The translations under genes were made by a program, and so were the position numbers. The notes under the pieces are model-generated. The model was given only the letters and a program-made list of their open reading frames with translations. It ran no database searches and was not told where the DNA came from. This document shows, piece by piece, positions 12,586-26,646 of a DNA stretch of 64,000 nt (within the stretch, counting starts at the first letter, position 1; each line of letters opens with the position of its first letter). Source of the DNA: Octopus vulgaris (Eukaryota); NCBI GenBank assembly GCA_951406725.2, contig OX597814.1, forward strand, positions 222,270,001 through 222,334,000, given 5' to 3'.

Positions 12586-12755
12586 ATTACCGGATTCATT
12601 CTTGTTGCTTATTTTTTTATTATAATCACCCCGCATATTTTTATGGGTAATACCATACAAAATTCTGGTGCATCTAAATTAAGTACCATATTCATTTGAA
12701 TCTCTCTCTCTCTCTATATATATATATACATATAAATATATATATATATATATAT

Positions 12756-12815
<60 letters not shown>

Positions 12816-12822
12816 TATATAT

Positions 12823-13080
12823 AAAATATTTTCGTCGCTTTGAGACCGCGACCTGTTCACTGACAAAGCTTCATGCTGCATCTCGAAGCTTTGTCAGTGA
12901 ACAGGTCGCGGTCTCAAAGCGACGAAAATATTTTGACAAATTAAATTTAAATGTTGAAGTGAATCTAATGGCTTTGTGTGTTTCTTAAATGGCTTATAAA
13001 CACCTTCCACGCTGCAATTGTTTTCGTTCCAGCACACGATCTCAGATCAAGTCACTCGCTATGCAAGTACATCTCCGTAA
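12823..13080 (+). mobile_element. Short fold-back insertion in (TA)n: perfect 50-bp inverted repeat plus unique 3' tail (probable PLE 3' end)
   Basis: 12823-12872 is the exact reverse complement of 12885-12934 (12-nt spacer); ~145-nt tail; (TA)n on both sides. Confidence 0.7.
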
Positions 13081-13161
13081 TATATATATATATATATATA
13101 TACATACACACACGCACACATCTGTATATGTACATATATACAAACACGTATATGTGTGAGT

Positions 13162-13196
<35 letters not shown>

Positions 13197-13737
13197 CGTG
13201 TGTATTCTTCTCCCTCAGAATTTAGCCAGATTTATTCAACACCGCTAGATTTTATTTTGATGACTATTATATACGTTTTATTCTAATATTGGAGTACACC
13301 GCCGTTACCAACCTCCATTTTCAAGCCACGCATAGATCTTTGGTAGAACTATGGGCTCAGAACGCAAAGAGCTGCAGTAGATGCCTTATGGTTTCTAGTC
13401 TAACTCAAATATTACTTGTAATATAGCGTTCTTGCTTGGTACTTTATTTCTCTGCCCGAATGAAAGCATGAAAAGTGGGCTGACAGTGGCTCGGTTTGAA
13501 CGGTGAATGTAAGGAGCCGAAAAAAATAAAATAACGCAAAGGATGCAATCCGATGATTTAACGAGTTTAACGGTTTCCCTTATACTTACGTACACGTTTG
13601 TGCGTACCTGTGCGTGCACGTGTGTACGCATGTATATGTGTGTATGCGTATATACACACACAGACACACATACAGACACACATACAGACACACATACAAA
13701 CACACACAGAGACAGACACACAGACACACACACACAC

Positions 13738-13780
<43 letters not shown>

Positions 13781-15499
13781 CACACATACACACACGTATA
13801 ATTGTTTATGTTATGCAAAAACGCATACATATATGAGTATGTATGTAAGTACATACATTTATGTGCGTATGCATATAGCTATACATGTGTGTGTATGTAT
13901 ATGTGTACCTACATGTATATACGTAAGCATGTGTGTGTATTTATAATTATAAGAAGCATGTACGTATGTATGTTTGCCCGAGTGTAACTATGTATTTTCG
14001 TATGTGATTTCATGTACATGTAGGTGTTTAAAATATTATATAGTAGAATATTTCCAGTATCTCTCTGTGTGCGTGAATATATTTATATGCACAGAGCTGA
14101 CACTTGTGAAATGATCGATAAACTTTCTCAATCATCCCATCGCACAACCAGAACACTTTCTTCTATTTCATTGTCCATTAACCACATCTATCAAATAAAC
14201 TCGCTTCAGATGCGTTTATTTTATTGCTTAACTTACCGTAAAGTGGAAATGATCCCTTTGCCTTGAGTAAAATATTTACTCTTCCCCACCGCTCAATTTT
14301 TCCTTCTTTTCCATTGCTTTTGTTGTTCTATGTAGGTTTTCGAACGAGATATCAATTATTTAAAGAGCTCGGTTGTTGTTTTGCCAACATCTATGTTGAT
14401 AGGCGGACTCCAGAGAAGCAGAAAACTATATTATATTTCATAATTCGATACTATTTCTGGTAACTGCCATGACGATCTTCTAAGTGCGCCGACTATACAA
14501 ATTTAGCTTTCTGTTTATGTTACAAATGTACTCAAGAAAAAGACATCAATGTTAAAGCACTTAATTTTGTTATGTATAAAACTAAGAATTCCTCTCCAGT
14601 TAGTAAGAAATAAACTCAGTGTGGTTTCAGTTAATATTTGCTAATTTCCTTCTCTTTATTCAATACTCGTGTCTTTTAAAGCGTTGATAAATACGAAACA
14701 CAAAATCATTTTCATATATCAATTTAATAAATCTCAAAACAAGGTGGTGATCAGGCACAATCGTTGGCACGCAAAATACTTAATGACATGCCGCCTGTCC
14801 TTACGTTCTGAGTTCAAATTCCTCTGGGGGTTAACTTCGGCTTTCATCCTTTCAGGGTCGATAAAAGAAGTATCAGTTTGCTGGATTGGGCCACGATTTG
14901 TTCAAATAAACATTTTGTAACTTTTGTTTTTGCTTCGATTATTCAATGCAATTTTGTTATCAATACCAAAATCGTATTTGAAAATTAATTCTCGATGTTA
15001 TCATCTTTTATTATGAAAGTTGTATCATCCAGCTGATCATCTAAATATCAGTTCACTCTTCTGGAATTGCCACAAATTCCTGTCATCATTAACAGGATAT
15101 CGAGTTTTGGTCTGAAGACACATATCCTGTAAGAACAGTGTACACGATTTAACTGATCCCGCCCAGTCCTTGAATGACACTTATTTTATGAACATTAAAT
15201 GTAAAATTGTGTTTGTTGAGATTTCATCTCAGAACCTGAAAGCATACAAGAAAATAATGAACGATATTGTGCCCAACCTGTGTTACTGTGGTGACAGTTT
15301 ACCTGTAGGGCCCTTTTATCATCGACGATATAACGCTTTTATCTACTTACTACTGCTTGGCTTAAATATCTAATTATTTGTTTTTCAGTCGATACTCGTT
15401 TTCCTTACATTGTTACATTGTGTATCAGTAGTAGGAGATAATATAGACGATAGAGTTATTTGTCTTTAATCAGCTATAGAATAGTTTCAATTTTTAACA

Positions 15500-15690
15500 C
15501 TAGGTCCGGGAAGGAGGCTAAGCGATTACATCGACCCCAGTATTCCACCGGTATTTATGTTATTGACCCCGAAAGGATGAAAGGCAAAGTCGACCTCGGT
15601 GGAATTTGAACTCAGAACGTAAAGAAGGATGAAATGCTGCTAAGCATTTCTCTGGCGCGGCATGGATTCTGCCAGCACGTCATCTTATAA
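15500..15690 (-). mobile_element. SINE family C
   Basis: gaccccgaaaggatgaaaggcaaagtcgacctcggtggaatttgaactcagaacgtaa...attctgccagc. Confidence 0.85.
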
Positions 15691-15797
15691 CCAGTAATAT
15701 TGTAAATACGACTTTGATCAAAAGGCAGACAGTTTGAAGAAAAAGAGAAATAGAAGGAGTTGGAGAATTATTGTTTTTGTTATTAACAAAATGTTGG

Positions 15798-16027
15798 AAG
15801 GCGGCGAGCAAGCAGAATCGTTACCACATCGGACAAAATGCTTAGCGGCGTTTCGACCGTCTTTACGGAGTTCAAATACACTCGTAGTCGACTTTGCCTT
15901 TCATCTTATTGGCGTGGCGAAATAAGTGCAAGTTATACACTGGGATCGATGAAATTTACTAGATACCCCCACCACCCGCTTCTCCCAAAAGTTTTAGGTT
16001 TTGTGCCTATAGCAGAAGGGATTATTA
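15798..16027 (+). mobile_element. SINE family C
   Basis: aaggcggcgagcaagcagaatcgtt..aaatgcttagcggc..gtcgactttgcctttcatc. Confidence 0.85.
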
Positions 16028-17089
16028 TCGAGATGTTGTTATGAACCTATACAGCACAGTGAAAAGCAATGGAAACTTATTCATGTTAACGGATGATACG
16101 GGTGAGTTCTCAGAAAAACCAGTCCCATGATTCATTTCCAGCTTAGTCTCTTTTTACGTTGCCATCACGTGCAATATCTTCTAAGCAGTGGGGATGCCAC
16201 AGTCACTAAGTGTAATATATTTAACGCAATAAGCTATGAACATTTTGATGTCTTTTTTATATAATGATTCAATATTAAATGTAATGTCCAGTTTCTGTTA
16301 GGTTTGTAATAAAAAAGTTTGTAGCATTACTTTGAAGTCCTTCGTAGTATGTTCAAGTTTAGTGACATTCACTATGAAATTCGTCCCTAAGAAGTAAGCA
16401 AAGTCGCAATGAATCGGGTTTATGCTTTTTTTGTGCTGACATAAGGGATCGGTTTGACAAATTTCTGGCTTTGTTAGATATTTATTAGAGAAATAAAACC
16501 CAGATCCCTCCTGTCTCCATATAAAACTGTGGTTATTTAACGTTTATTTTTGGAATTTCTTTATATAAAAGTAAACACTTACACTGGTATACTCAATGTG
16601 CATAAAAATATATGAAATAACTATGTACATCGGTTAGAAAATAAATAGTACACTAGACAGTGTAAAATGAAATAATCTTAAAAATAATTTTCAAAAGTTG
16701 TGATATAAATTAACTTGTACGTTCACCAAAAAGAAAAAAATGTGTTAAATTTCAGTTTCTACAAAACAGTTTGTGAAATGCATGGATAAATTGTTGAAAT
16801 CACACGTACATTTATGCGTAGACAAGGATATATGCGTGTATATATGTGTGTATATGAGTATGTATGCACATATGTATGCACATATGTATGCAGATATTTA
16901 TGCTTGCATGCATATATTTATGTAATATGTATGATGTCCATCGACTTACTATCTGTTATGACTACTGTTACAATCGCTCCTAATTTCTTGAGATGTAGCG
17001 TTATGTGCCGCAGGAGTTATACAACAGTATATGAGGAGCAAAACTGCAAGTCACAGATACTTATAATTGACATATGCATTGACATATTA

Positions 17090-18344
17090 TTGGGTTATCC
17101 CATAAATAATGCGGATTTTTTATACTTCTAGTAGTTTTTAACATTAAGAGAAGCGAAGTTTTTTTTTTAATTCTAAAATATACTCGCTTTCATTTTTTAC
17201 AATGCTCTTCCATTTATCTCGTAGACTTGCAAGGCCCCTCTTCCAAAATTCATTTGTCCCTGACGAAAAATACTGTTCCAGTACTGTTCTGACCTCGTCT
17301 GCAAATTTTTTTTTTTCTGTCCAAATAATTTTGAAGACTGCGGAATAAATGGTAATCAGATGGAGCAATGTCCGTCGAATATGGTGGGTGGGGCATCATT
17401 TTCCATTCCAACTGCTCCAGCCTTTGGAATTTTAACCTCGCTGTATGTGGCAGAGCATTATCCTGACTGAAGAACACCTTTCGTCTTGAAACCGAAGTTG
17501 TTTTTCTTCTTGCGATGACTTAAGCCGCTCAAGCTGCTCGCAGTACATCTCCTTTAGTATCATTTGTGCTTTGGTTTAAACGTTCAAGGTGGACTAAACC
17601 TTTCATATTCCACCAAACAGATGACAACATCTTACGTGGGCGAAGTCCTTCCTGAGCCTGGGGTGCCGGTGTTTCTTCTTACCTTACACACTGTCTTCGG
17701 CGTTTGATATTTATGTAGGGAACCCATTTCTCGTCACCAGTTATTATTCGGGCCAAAAAAATGGTTCATTCGAAAGACGTGAGCAGCAAGAATCTCTACG
17801 CGCGATTAAACTAGAAAACGAACCCATTGACCCAATTTGCTGACTATTCTGATGATACGCAAGTGTCGATGAATGGTTGAATGAGTCAATCCAAACTTCT
17901 CTGCGAGTTCTTCAGCAGTTACGATGGGATTCTGTTCCACCTAAGTTTGCAGGACATCCTCGTCGACCTCCACTTATTATCCAGGACGATACTCTAGGTT
18001 GTAGTTTCCGGTTCGGAATTTCTGGAACCACCGTTCACAATGGCTTACGCTTGTTGCCCGATCTCCATATACTTCATTAATATTCCTCGCTCTTTCCATT
18101 GCGTTGTTGCCTTTATTGAACTCATAAACAAAAATATAACGAATATGCTCCTTTGTCACTTACTTTGGAAAAGTAACTGTTAAAACAGAACTGCACTTTT
18201 TAAAACTTGCACTAAGAATATGGACAAGGTAAAATTACTACCTGCTTCTATAGCAGGTTAATGCAGGTAGTTTATCCCGGCCACTTCCGACTTTTAGTTC
18301 ATGCAATTGACAAAAAAAAACGCATTATTTATGGGATGACCCAA
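17090..18344 (-). mobile_element. Full-length (1255 bp) mariner with both TIRs and TA target duplication; transposase disrupted
   Basis: TA|TTGGGTTATCCCATAAATAATGCG...CGCATTATTTATGGGATGACCCAA|TA; minus-strand fragments EHIRYIFVYEFNKG..VYGD..RWFQKFRTGN and QDNALPH..HPPYSTDIAPSDYHLFRSLQN. Confidence 0.95.
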
Positions 18345-21300
18345 TATAAGATTTCTCACGTTTCAGTTGTTTGTTCTACAAAATTAACCCCAAAAGCGCT
18401 GAGATTTGTATTTACACAGCATAGACTGCTGATCGCATTTATGAAAATGAGACAAACATGTACACATAAAAAACAAAAAAATTATAATTCAAATATCTTC
18501 TTAGTATATATTTACAACATCTGAAAAGTCACTAGTTGAACTATTCGTCTTCTTGCATTCTGGGGGTATCGGGGCGTTTGTGTGAAATTAAATCCCAACA
18601 AACGCTCATAAATTAAATGCATCTATCTGGGCTACGATCGTCACCTGTCGACCTGTGCCTGGCGGCTACGATCCTGGCCCGTCGCGCTTTATGTGTTAAT
18701 TTCCAAACTTTCCCACGGTTATGAAAGTTATCTCATTGTCCGTCAGTCTCTACCACACAGACATAAGCTCTTCCACATTCTCGATTCATATCTCACTACA
18801 ATAAGAAATTGATTTCATCTAAAACAAAAAAGGGTGTTCTCTTCATTCTCTTTTGAATGTAGTTTTAATCAGAAGGCTTTGATGTCGTATGATGCTCTCA
18901 AAATATGGACAGTTAGTTCGATACTAAACCGTAACAGCCAGCGAATATGTCAGCGGCATTTTGGCCCATTTAAGCATTTTTAATTTTGCATATTCGCAGC
19001 TACTCACGTGCTCAGACGAGAACACATCGACTGCGATACAGATGTATCGAATGGCCGTGTACTAATTAGACAATAGTTAGTGTACCGAGTCAAATTTATT
19101 TATGTGCCTTTTTTAGTAATATCTTAGTGGTTATCACAGCAAATTTGAATTCAAATTTGTTTTCGACGGATCTGATGCAATAAGAATCGGTCGCCCCTTG
19201 AATTATATAGATATGCACCACGGTCGAACGCTCTTGACAAAGTCTCTGCACAATAATGTGGTTGTTCTGTCATGGTTTGATTTTCAGTTGCTAATTTAAA
19301 CAGGGAGCACAACTCTATCTGTAGAACCGTAGCTATCTGCATACTAGAGTTTGTGTACCTACCCGTTGTTAAAAACGATGAACATCTTCACAACTGCAAT
19401 GTACTGCTATCTAAACTTTAGTTTGGCGTTGTCAGCCAGGTTGATCTACTGTATATTCACAAGAAATATGCAGGTTTATGAATGTTAATCCTTTTCGTTT
19501 TATCCCTTATCGAAAAGCAACTGATAACTATGCATTTATTATTTTACGATACCACTGAAGAATAATGATATGATATTACTCTTCTTCGAATCTATAATTT
19601 TGAATTCACGTTGACAATTCCAATTCATACAACAGACCCATCAAGAGAACATTTGAGTAAAAGACGTGTATTTATTTTGGTCCCACTTTGTTATTTATGC
19701 AAATTCCTCTAGGATATTACTTTAAAACAAAATGTTGATAGTGAGATTGGAAGGTACAAAACAAATACATTTTACAATATTAAGCATTTTCCTTCGGGGA
19801 GTTTTTAGTCTCATTTTTTACTTTTGAAACCACCAATGCAGAAAAAATCTGCCACAAATATGAGTGATTAAATTCAATTAATTATCCTCTTACCCATCAA
19901 ATCTCAACATCTTCCTGTCTTTATTGACGAAAAAAAAATAATCATAAAAGTCATTAGAACAACTAGAACTAATATAAATAATAGCAGTTGTAGTAGTAGT
20001 AGTATTAGAAATACTAATGGACTGTTTCATACAAGCGAAAGAAGTATTATTTAGTATTTTTATTATTTTTTGGTATTTGCTTAGCAAACATTTTGATCAT
20101 TGAGGTTACGTATGGTTAATAAATTTATGAGTGTTATATTATTTTATCTCCGATTCAGTCTCTATTATGTATTTGTTTTCTCTTAAAACAGAAAGGAGAC
20201 AGATTTTGTATAATATCACTAAGGAAAATATAGAATATAGTCAGTATAGTTATATTTCTCATTAATGCTGCAGACTTCCATTTAACTACCACTGCACGCA
20301 TCATAAATGTAATATAACATTAGTGTTTGATATTAATTAAAAGTGAATATCTAGTCAGGTTTTTAATTTTCAAAGGAAAAAATAACTTAACAGACAAGCT
20401 GCAAGGTGTAAAAGTATTTGTATTCTAGTCACTGTCATATAATTGCTAGCTTCCATTTATGTTTTTTTTTGCAGGTTTGTGCTATAAAAAAAGTTTCTTT
20501 CATTTATTATTATTTTTCCAATATTTTGATACAAATCTCAGTAACAATTATATAAGTTCTCACAAGCGATATAATAAATCAGAGGACACAGGTATTGTGT
20601 GTATATAATGCGCGCGTATGTGTGTGTGCGTGTCTGTGTATATGTGTGTGTATGTATGCCAATGCACACCTACATACATGTATACAGAAATGCACATATA
20701 TACGTGTGGGCATTTAGAAGGAGAATAATGAACAAAATTTAGTGCATATTAATTCTGTAAGTAACAATGCTACTATTTTAATTACATTAATCTGCATAAA
20801 TGTGTCTAGAAAATTTATATTTAATTTTCATTCAGTTTCTATGTATATATGGAAATCATATACACTTTTAATTTTTTTTCTTTCTTTTGAAATCTGAGAC
20901 AAAGTAGACAAGAAAAGGTGAGAGATATTAAAAGTTAGGCATAGAAATAAATCAGAAATCATAAAAATAGTGATAGGTTTTTTTTATACAGTCAAATGCA
21001 GTTGATCACCCAAACATATGCGCATGAAGATAAAGTCTCTGCAGTGCTGAAGTATTGTAGCACCAGATATTAGGCAATATTAATAAATTTGGGCATAGTA
21101 CGCATTACCATGTTTTGCAGTTAGGTGCCGCTTGAGTATGTGACAGATGTTTTTTCTTCTGACTGCAACAGTTATTCCAGACCAGTTTTCTTCGTGGTAC
21201 AATTCAGGCTGAAGACTGCATTCATTTCTTCTACGAGACCGCATGTTAACAGTTGCAAATGTGGCAGCAAATATATTCCTTTCACACTTGTTACTCGCTG

Positions 21301-21568
21301 TTCCATGTAAGTTAGAATAAACAGGTGTTCCTCCCAAGCGAAAACTACTTCTGTGGATTTCCGAGAGCAACTCGCACTTTACTGTCTTGGAAGGCATTGT
21401 GGGTGTTGACAAAAATTATGTTCATCCATGTGCACCTCTAGCAATTCTATATCTAGAATTTTCGACTACCTTCCATTCATTATGGCGCATTTGTATTTCA
21501 CCCTTATTTTAGAAATTTTCACTAAGGTCACAAGTGAGACAGCTGATGCAAACCTTCTGTTCTCTCAT

Positions 21569-21775
21569 TACTCTTTTACTTGTTTCAGTCATGTGGTTCT
21601 GGCCATGCTGGAGCACCACCTTTAGTCGAGCAAATCGACCCCAGGACTAATTCATTGTAAGCCTAGTACTTATTCAATCGGTCTCGTTTGCCGAACCGCT
21701 AGGTTACGGGGACGTACACAAACCAGCATCGGTTGTCAAGTGATGTTGGGGGGACAAACACTGACACAGAAACAT

Positions 21776-21814
<39 letters not shown>

Positions 21815-21980
21815 CATATATACGACGGACTTCTTTCCGTCTACGAAATCTACTCACAAGGCTTTGGTCGGCCTGAGGCTATAGTAGAAGACACTTGCCC
21901 AAGGAGCCACGCAGTGGGACTGAACCCGGTACCATGTGGTTGGTTAGCAAGCTACTTACCACACAGCCACTCCTACGCCT
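21569..21980 (-). mobile_element. SINE family A, full length (tRNA-derived head, CORE-like CCTTGGGCAAGT, internal TA/TG microsatellite)
   Basis: Reverse complement of 52318-52747 and 60324-60724. Confidence 0.92.
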
Positions 21981-22729
21981 CATTAGAGAAACATTTTCAT
22001 TAGAGAAACATTTCCCTATCTCTCAGACCAGTCTGTTTCTTTTCCAGAGAGATATGCTAAGCTATTCTACAAACTTTGCAGTAGATCCAACCTTGGCATC
22101 ATTTTCAGTTTTTTTGGGTGTTTTTGCGGTTAGTATTCCTGCTGATAGTTGTGGTGCTGACATTCCTAATGAATGTAGTCGATGTGGCAGTCATGGAAGC
22201 TGTAGACAATTGGTTTTATTCTGCTATTTCTGGTTTCAAGGCCATTAGTGAACGGGACCGTTATCTTGTTATTACTGGTATTGCTTGAGGTAGTGGTACT
22301 GAAGAAACCACTTTCTGTCGCTTCTGCTTTTGCTTCTGCAAAGATTGTCATCTTATTTTATTATTGTTGTTGTTCCTGCTGTAGCATCTGTCAGGGCTGA
22401 TAGTTATGGTGATGGTCATGGGTCCGTTGTTAACGCTTATCAATTCTACAGGGAGAAACTGTAATTTGTGAGTACGAAGTATAATTTTGCTTCAGTTCAT
22501 TCTACATTTTTCTGTCCATCCTTTCCTTATTCATCTCACGACAATATTTTTAGTTTTTAACTATTATCAGTAAACACATTTTTTACATGAGTTCGGTGAA
22601 ACGGAATAAACACTCATCTGTCCTTATGGCGAAGTCTACAACCAAATACACAGCAAAATATTTTGTAATAATACTTTAAAAGCATAAACAAACGACATTT
22701 TATCAAACTCATCAAGCGAGGAGGAAAAT

Positions 22730-22949
<220 letters not shown>

Positions 22950-22950
<1 letters not shown>

Positions 22951-23463
22951 TCTTAACTGATTGAAAGTGTTATCATGTACATTGTTTTGTCTTGGTATAA
23001 AAGATGGGCTACAGCAAATATTGTGCTCAATACCACAAATTTGCCTGTCAGTTGTTTGACCTTAACCAGTTGAGCATGTCCCTTTTTAGCTGACGATATG
23101 CGCATCTCTGATCACGAGCAGAAGTACTGGGGGATCATCATAGCCATGTATTGAGAGGGATACTTTAGGGTTTGAATAATTCACCTCTGGAAACATGGGT
23201 GTTTCGTTCAACATCCTTAAATAACCCTTATTCAGGGACCTTTTGAGCGGGATGGGTTACTCGACAAGAAGCAAACTTTGACTGGGCCCCACCTGCAAGG
23301 TCATGTGCTATTTATCTCGATATGAGATCACCATGTCGCGCACATATGGTTGCGATGCATGTCCCTAGTGTACTCTTATCAGACGGGTAGTCATGATGGG
23401 TATACTGGACTTCGTATATTTTACCCCAGTGTCACTTTGATGGCATGCACTGCTCTTTCACTC
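22950..23463 (+). mobile_element. Interspersed repeat family D (~550 bp, embedded in (AAT)n), 5'-shortened copy
   Basis: Closely similar to 30590-31261 and 54982-55534; ends gcactgctct..ctc then (AAT)n. Confidence 0.88.
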
Positions 23464-23784
23464 AATAATAATGACAACAATAATATGTACAACATCAATA
23501 ACAATAACCACAATAACAACAACAATAATGATAAAGGATAATAATGATATTTATAATTATAATATCGAGTTAGAAATATTCGCCAAGGCAACCTTGAGGA
23601 GAGGGGGAATTACAAAATTTGTTATCGTGTTAGATAAAGAAAGCAGAAATAAGAGAATCACAACGAATGAAGACAAATAGTCAGAAAACAATGAACGAGA
23701 CGGTGTGTAAAACACTCATGGAAGTAAAGGTTAGCGAGTGATATTATACATACATTAGATTAATACTTCAAACGGTACTAAATA

Positions 23785-23817
23785 ATAGTAATAATAATAA
23801 TGATCATAATGATGATC

Positions 23818-23854
<37 letters not shown>

Positions 23855-24005
23855 TGATGATGATGATGATGATGATAATGATAATATATAATAATAATGG
23901 TAATAATGATAACGATAATAATAATAATTAATAATAATAATAGTAATAATAATGATAATAATGATAATAATAATAATAATAATAATAGTAAGAAGAAGAA
24001 GAAGA

Positions 24006-24040
<35 letters not shown>

Positions 24041-24180
24041 TAATAATAATAATAATAATAATAATGATGATAATAATAATAATAACAACGATAACGATGA
24101 CGATGATGATAATGATGATGATGACGACGATACGGACAACAACAACAGCAGCAGCAGCAGCAGCAAGAACAACAAATAAC
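23785..24180. repeat. Compound AAT/GAT/AAG/CAG trinucleotide repeat
   Basis: Directly visible. Confidence 0.95.
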
Positions 24181-24339
24181 GTAATAGCCAATTGGTTGCT
24201 AGTTCTCCCAGTATAGTAATAGTTGTTATAGTTAAAACGTTTTCATACGAGCCAGACAGAAAAGAAATAAAACGTGAAATATAATTGTTGTAATTAGAAT
24301 ATTCAGTCTGAAATCTGAAAAAGAAACATTATCTTTGCT

Positions 24340-25020
24340 ATGACAAAAGAGACAGGAACTTAATGTATCTGAAATCTGTTATGAATATCAACTGAAGGAT
24401 TCTCTTCATCTTTTTGCAAATACCGAACGCTGTAGCTGCGACAATGAAAGGAGAAGGGAGGGAAATTTTCTCAAACTGGAAATAAGACCAGAATACATAC
24501 AACAAAGAGCATTGCACTGAAGGTGCGAAAGGAGTTTCTGTCTTCGATAAAGCTAACATAGAAGAACTAAAAACGAATCTAAAACCAAAAGAAGAAATGA
24601 ATGCACGAGAAACACAGAGGTGAATAGTAGTTGGGAAATAGAAAAGATTTCCAATAGAAACAGATATAAGACCACATTGCTTGACTAACGCAGGATGCAA
24701 AAATAAGATAGAGGATTCTTGATTGTGCTACAGGATTAAAAACCTCCCAGAAGCCAGGAACACGTACCGAAGCTGACGATAGTTGTAAAAGCGAAATAAG
24801 CAGAGGATGGGAAAAAAATTATTTGCACAGTCTACAGCATAGTCAAAAGTGTGTTCAGTTTTTAGCAAACGGGAATATAACTAGAACTTTAAAATGTTTT
24901 TGGTGACGACGACGACAACGACGATGAAGAGGCGGAGGAGGAGGATGCGAAAGAAGTTATCAATTTACGTAGACAGGAAAATGAAAGTTAATCGACCGGA
25001 TATTGATATCAAAAGGATAT
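24340..25020 (+). mobile_element. Highly decayed R4/Dong-like non-LTR retrotransposon fragment
   Basis: Frameshifted motifs LTNAG.K..GFLIVLQD (cf. WL..AGLK.ETEGFIIAAQD) near 24690-24740 and NRPDI near 24990 (RLE PD motif); follows a trinucleotide tract. Confidence 0.55.
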
Positions 25021-26179
25021 CTAGAAAATTAACTATTCCTAATCGAAGTATGTCTGCCGATATATAATATTCTGTCACTAAACGAAATGGAGTAATTTTC
25101 CAGAAATAACAATTCGGAAACGCAGGTGACGAGATTGAGAAGAGAGAGAACAGTAATAATCTATGTAATAAAATATTTTGCGAATGATTGTAGAAAACTG
25201 ACCTCAGAAACATATCCAAAATTCCGTGACTTATCAATTTACCCAAAACAAACACACAGACAATGTCATAAGTCGGTAATAGAGACTTGTTGAATTGAGT
25301 ATTTTCCATACAGTATAAAATATACGATAATAAACGAAATACTTCACATATCCACTGCACGTATATACGCGAGCTGCAGTGCAGCAAAATATACAAAAAG
25401 AAAAATAATAATATGGTAAATTAAACTACCCAATATAATGACGATTAATTAATTACACAAAGGCGACGGATTAGGGATCATTACAAGTGGAAACTATAAA
25501 AAAAAACTGCGATTTTGCTCAGTGTTCAATTTTGAAACGTAATCATGTGCAAAAGTAGTATATAAAAAGATTTAAAGGAAGGACATCTAGGGTTAACCTC
25601 TCAATGGCGAGAACCATCTCACACCTCCTATCCTCAGTATACATGCCCACGCTTAAATTTAGCTCATTTATCCATCCCATTATTTCAACACAAACAGCCA
25701 TATTTTCAGCAACACCATATTTTCTATCTTCATCCTCTTTTTCAAGTGGAGCGTTAAGAAACTGACTGCGTTTGTCCTAATCATGAAATATCACCTTGCC
25801 ACAGCCACAGGTGTGTCTGATATTCATAGCTAAAGATGTCAGGTGTAATCCTCCACATGAATTCGTCTTCACTGACAGCGTGAATTACTAAGGAATTGTA
25901 AAGCGTGACTAAAAGGATTCTGTCATACTACGCATTTCTAGGACAAGCTTGGTTGCCTATAGTATTGTACCAGTTGTGTTTACCCTCAACCAGTAATACC
26001 ACAGTCTTGCTATCATTCCAACGCCAGAGATTTCTGGAAGTTATTCATCGGCTCAGGACTGTATCATCTTCAAGTGTATGATGTTCAATTGATTTCTTTT
26101 GACACGAGACACTGTGCGTACTCTACGCAATGCAATGAAAACCCGCAATGAAAATATAACTGAAACACCGATATCAATT

Positions 26180-26180
26180 A

Positions 26181-26242
<62 letters not shown>

Positions 26243-26245
26243 CTG

Positions 26246-26309
<64 letters not shown>

Positions 26310-26335
26310 GAGCAGGAGTAGTAGTAGTAGTAATG
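26180..26335. repeat. (GTA)n microsatellite
   Basis: Directly visible. Confidence 0.95.
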
Positions 26336-26397
26336 AAGCAGGCCAGATAGGACTATTTGAAGTAGGAGATAAAAAGACTATAATCATTGATGAATAT

Positions 26398-26646
26398 GAC
26401 CGCTGTACCTGTTGTTATTGGATCCCTAGGAGCTATAACTACGAAGTCAATAACCTAAATTGAAAAGATAGGATTAAATGTGAAGACATAGTATCTACAG
26501 AAAATCGCGTTGCTGGGAATAGCAGAAATCCCCTGCGAAGTCTTCGAACTTTGAATAAAGAGTGTCACCTTAGTTCTTTGGTTGTGGACAGATAACACTT
26601 TTTTACATTGCCTACGGAAGGTGCCAAAGTAAACAAGAATAACAAC
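26398..26646 (+). mobile_element. 3' end of an R4/Dong-like LINE (restriction-like endonuclease C-terminus plus 3' UTR)
   Basis: AVPVVIGSLGAITTKSIT*IEKIGLNVKT*YLQKIALLGIAEIPCEVFEL* matches the VPVVIGALG...LQKxALLGTAxILRxVL terminus of R4/Dong proteins. Confidence 0.8.

Larger units (their letters stand above)
11444..12702 (+). mobile_element. 5'-truncated Penelope-like retroelement (Neptune-like): inverted 5' segment, GIY-YIG endonuclease C-terminus, long 3' region, pLTR hammerhead
   Basis: WELKTYNIGYNLKWDIVRRAKPYRNSRVGCQLCSMETYEILKYRSNKNLLNNRLEL (about 11530-11697) fits the W-x-LK...KW-x-I...A-x-PY...CxLC-x2-E...LLN-x-R-x-EL tail of PLE GIY-YIG domains. 69-bp inverted repeat 11444-11512/11528-11596; hammerhead at 12500-12585; ends in (CT)n/(TA)n. 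Confidence 0.85.

Noticed and set aside
15000-15235. Strong minus-strand acceptor (tttcttgtatgctttcag) with early stops and downstream AATAAA, a possible terminal exon
   Set aside because: No coding similarity; such signals are common in AT-rich DNA and need RNA evidence.
21000-21480. 110-aa minus ORF in non-repetitive sequence, possibly a decayed retroelement
   Set aside because: No motif could be assigned with confidence by eye; needs tBLASTx or an HMM search.
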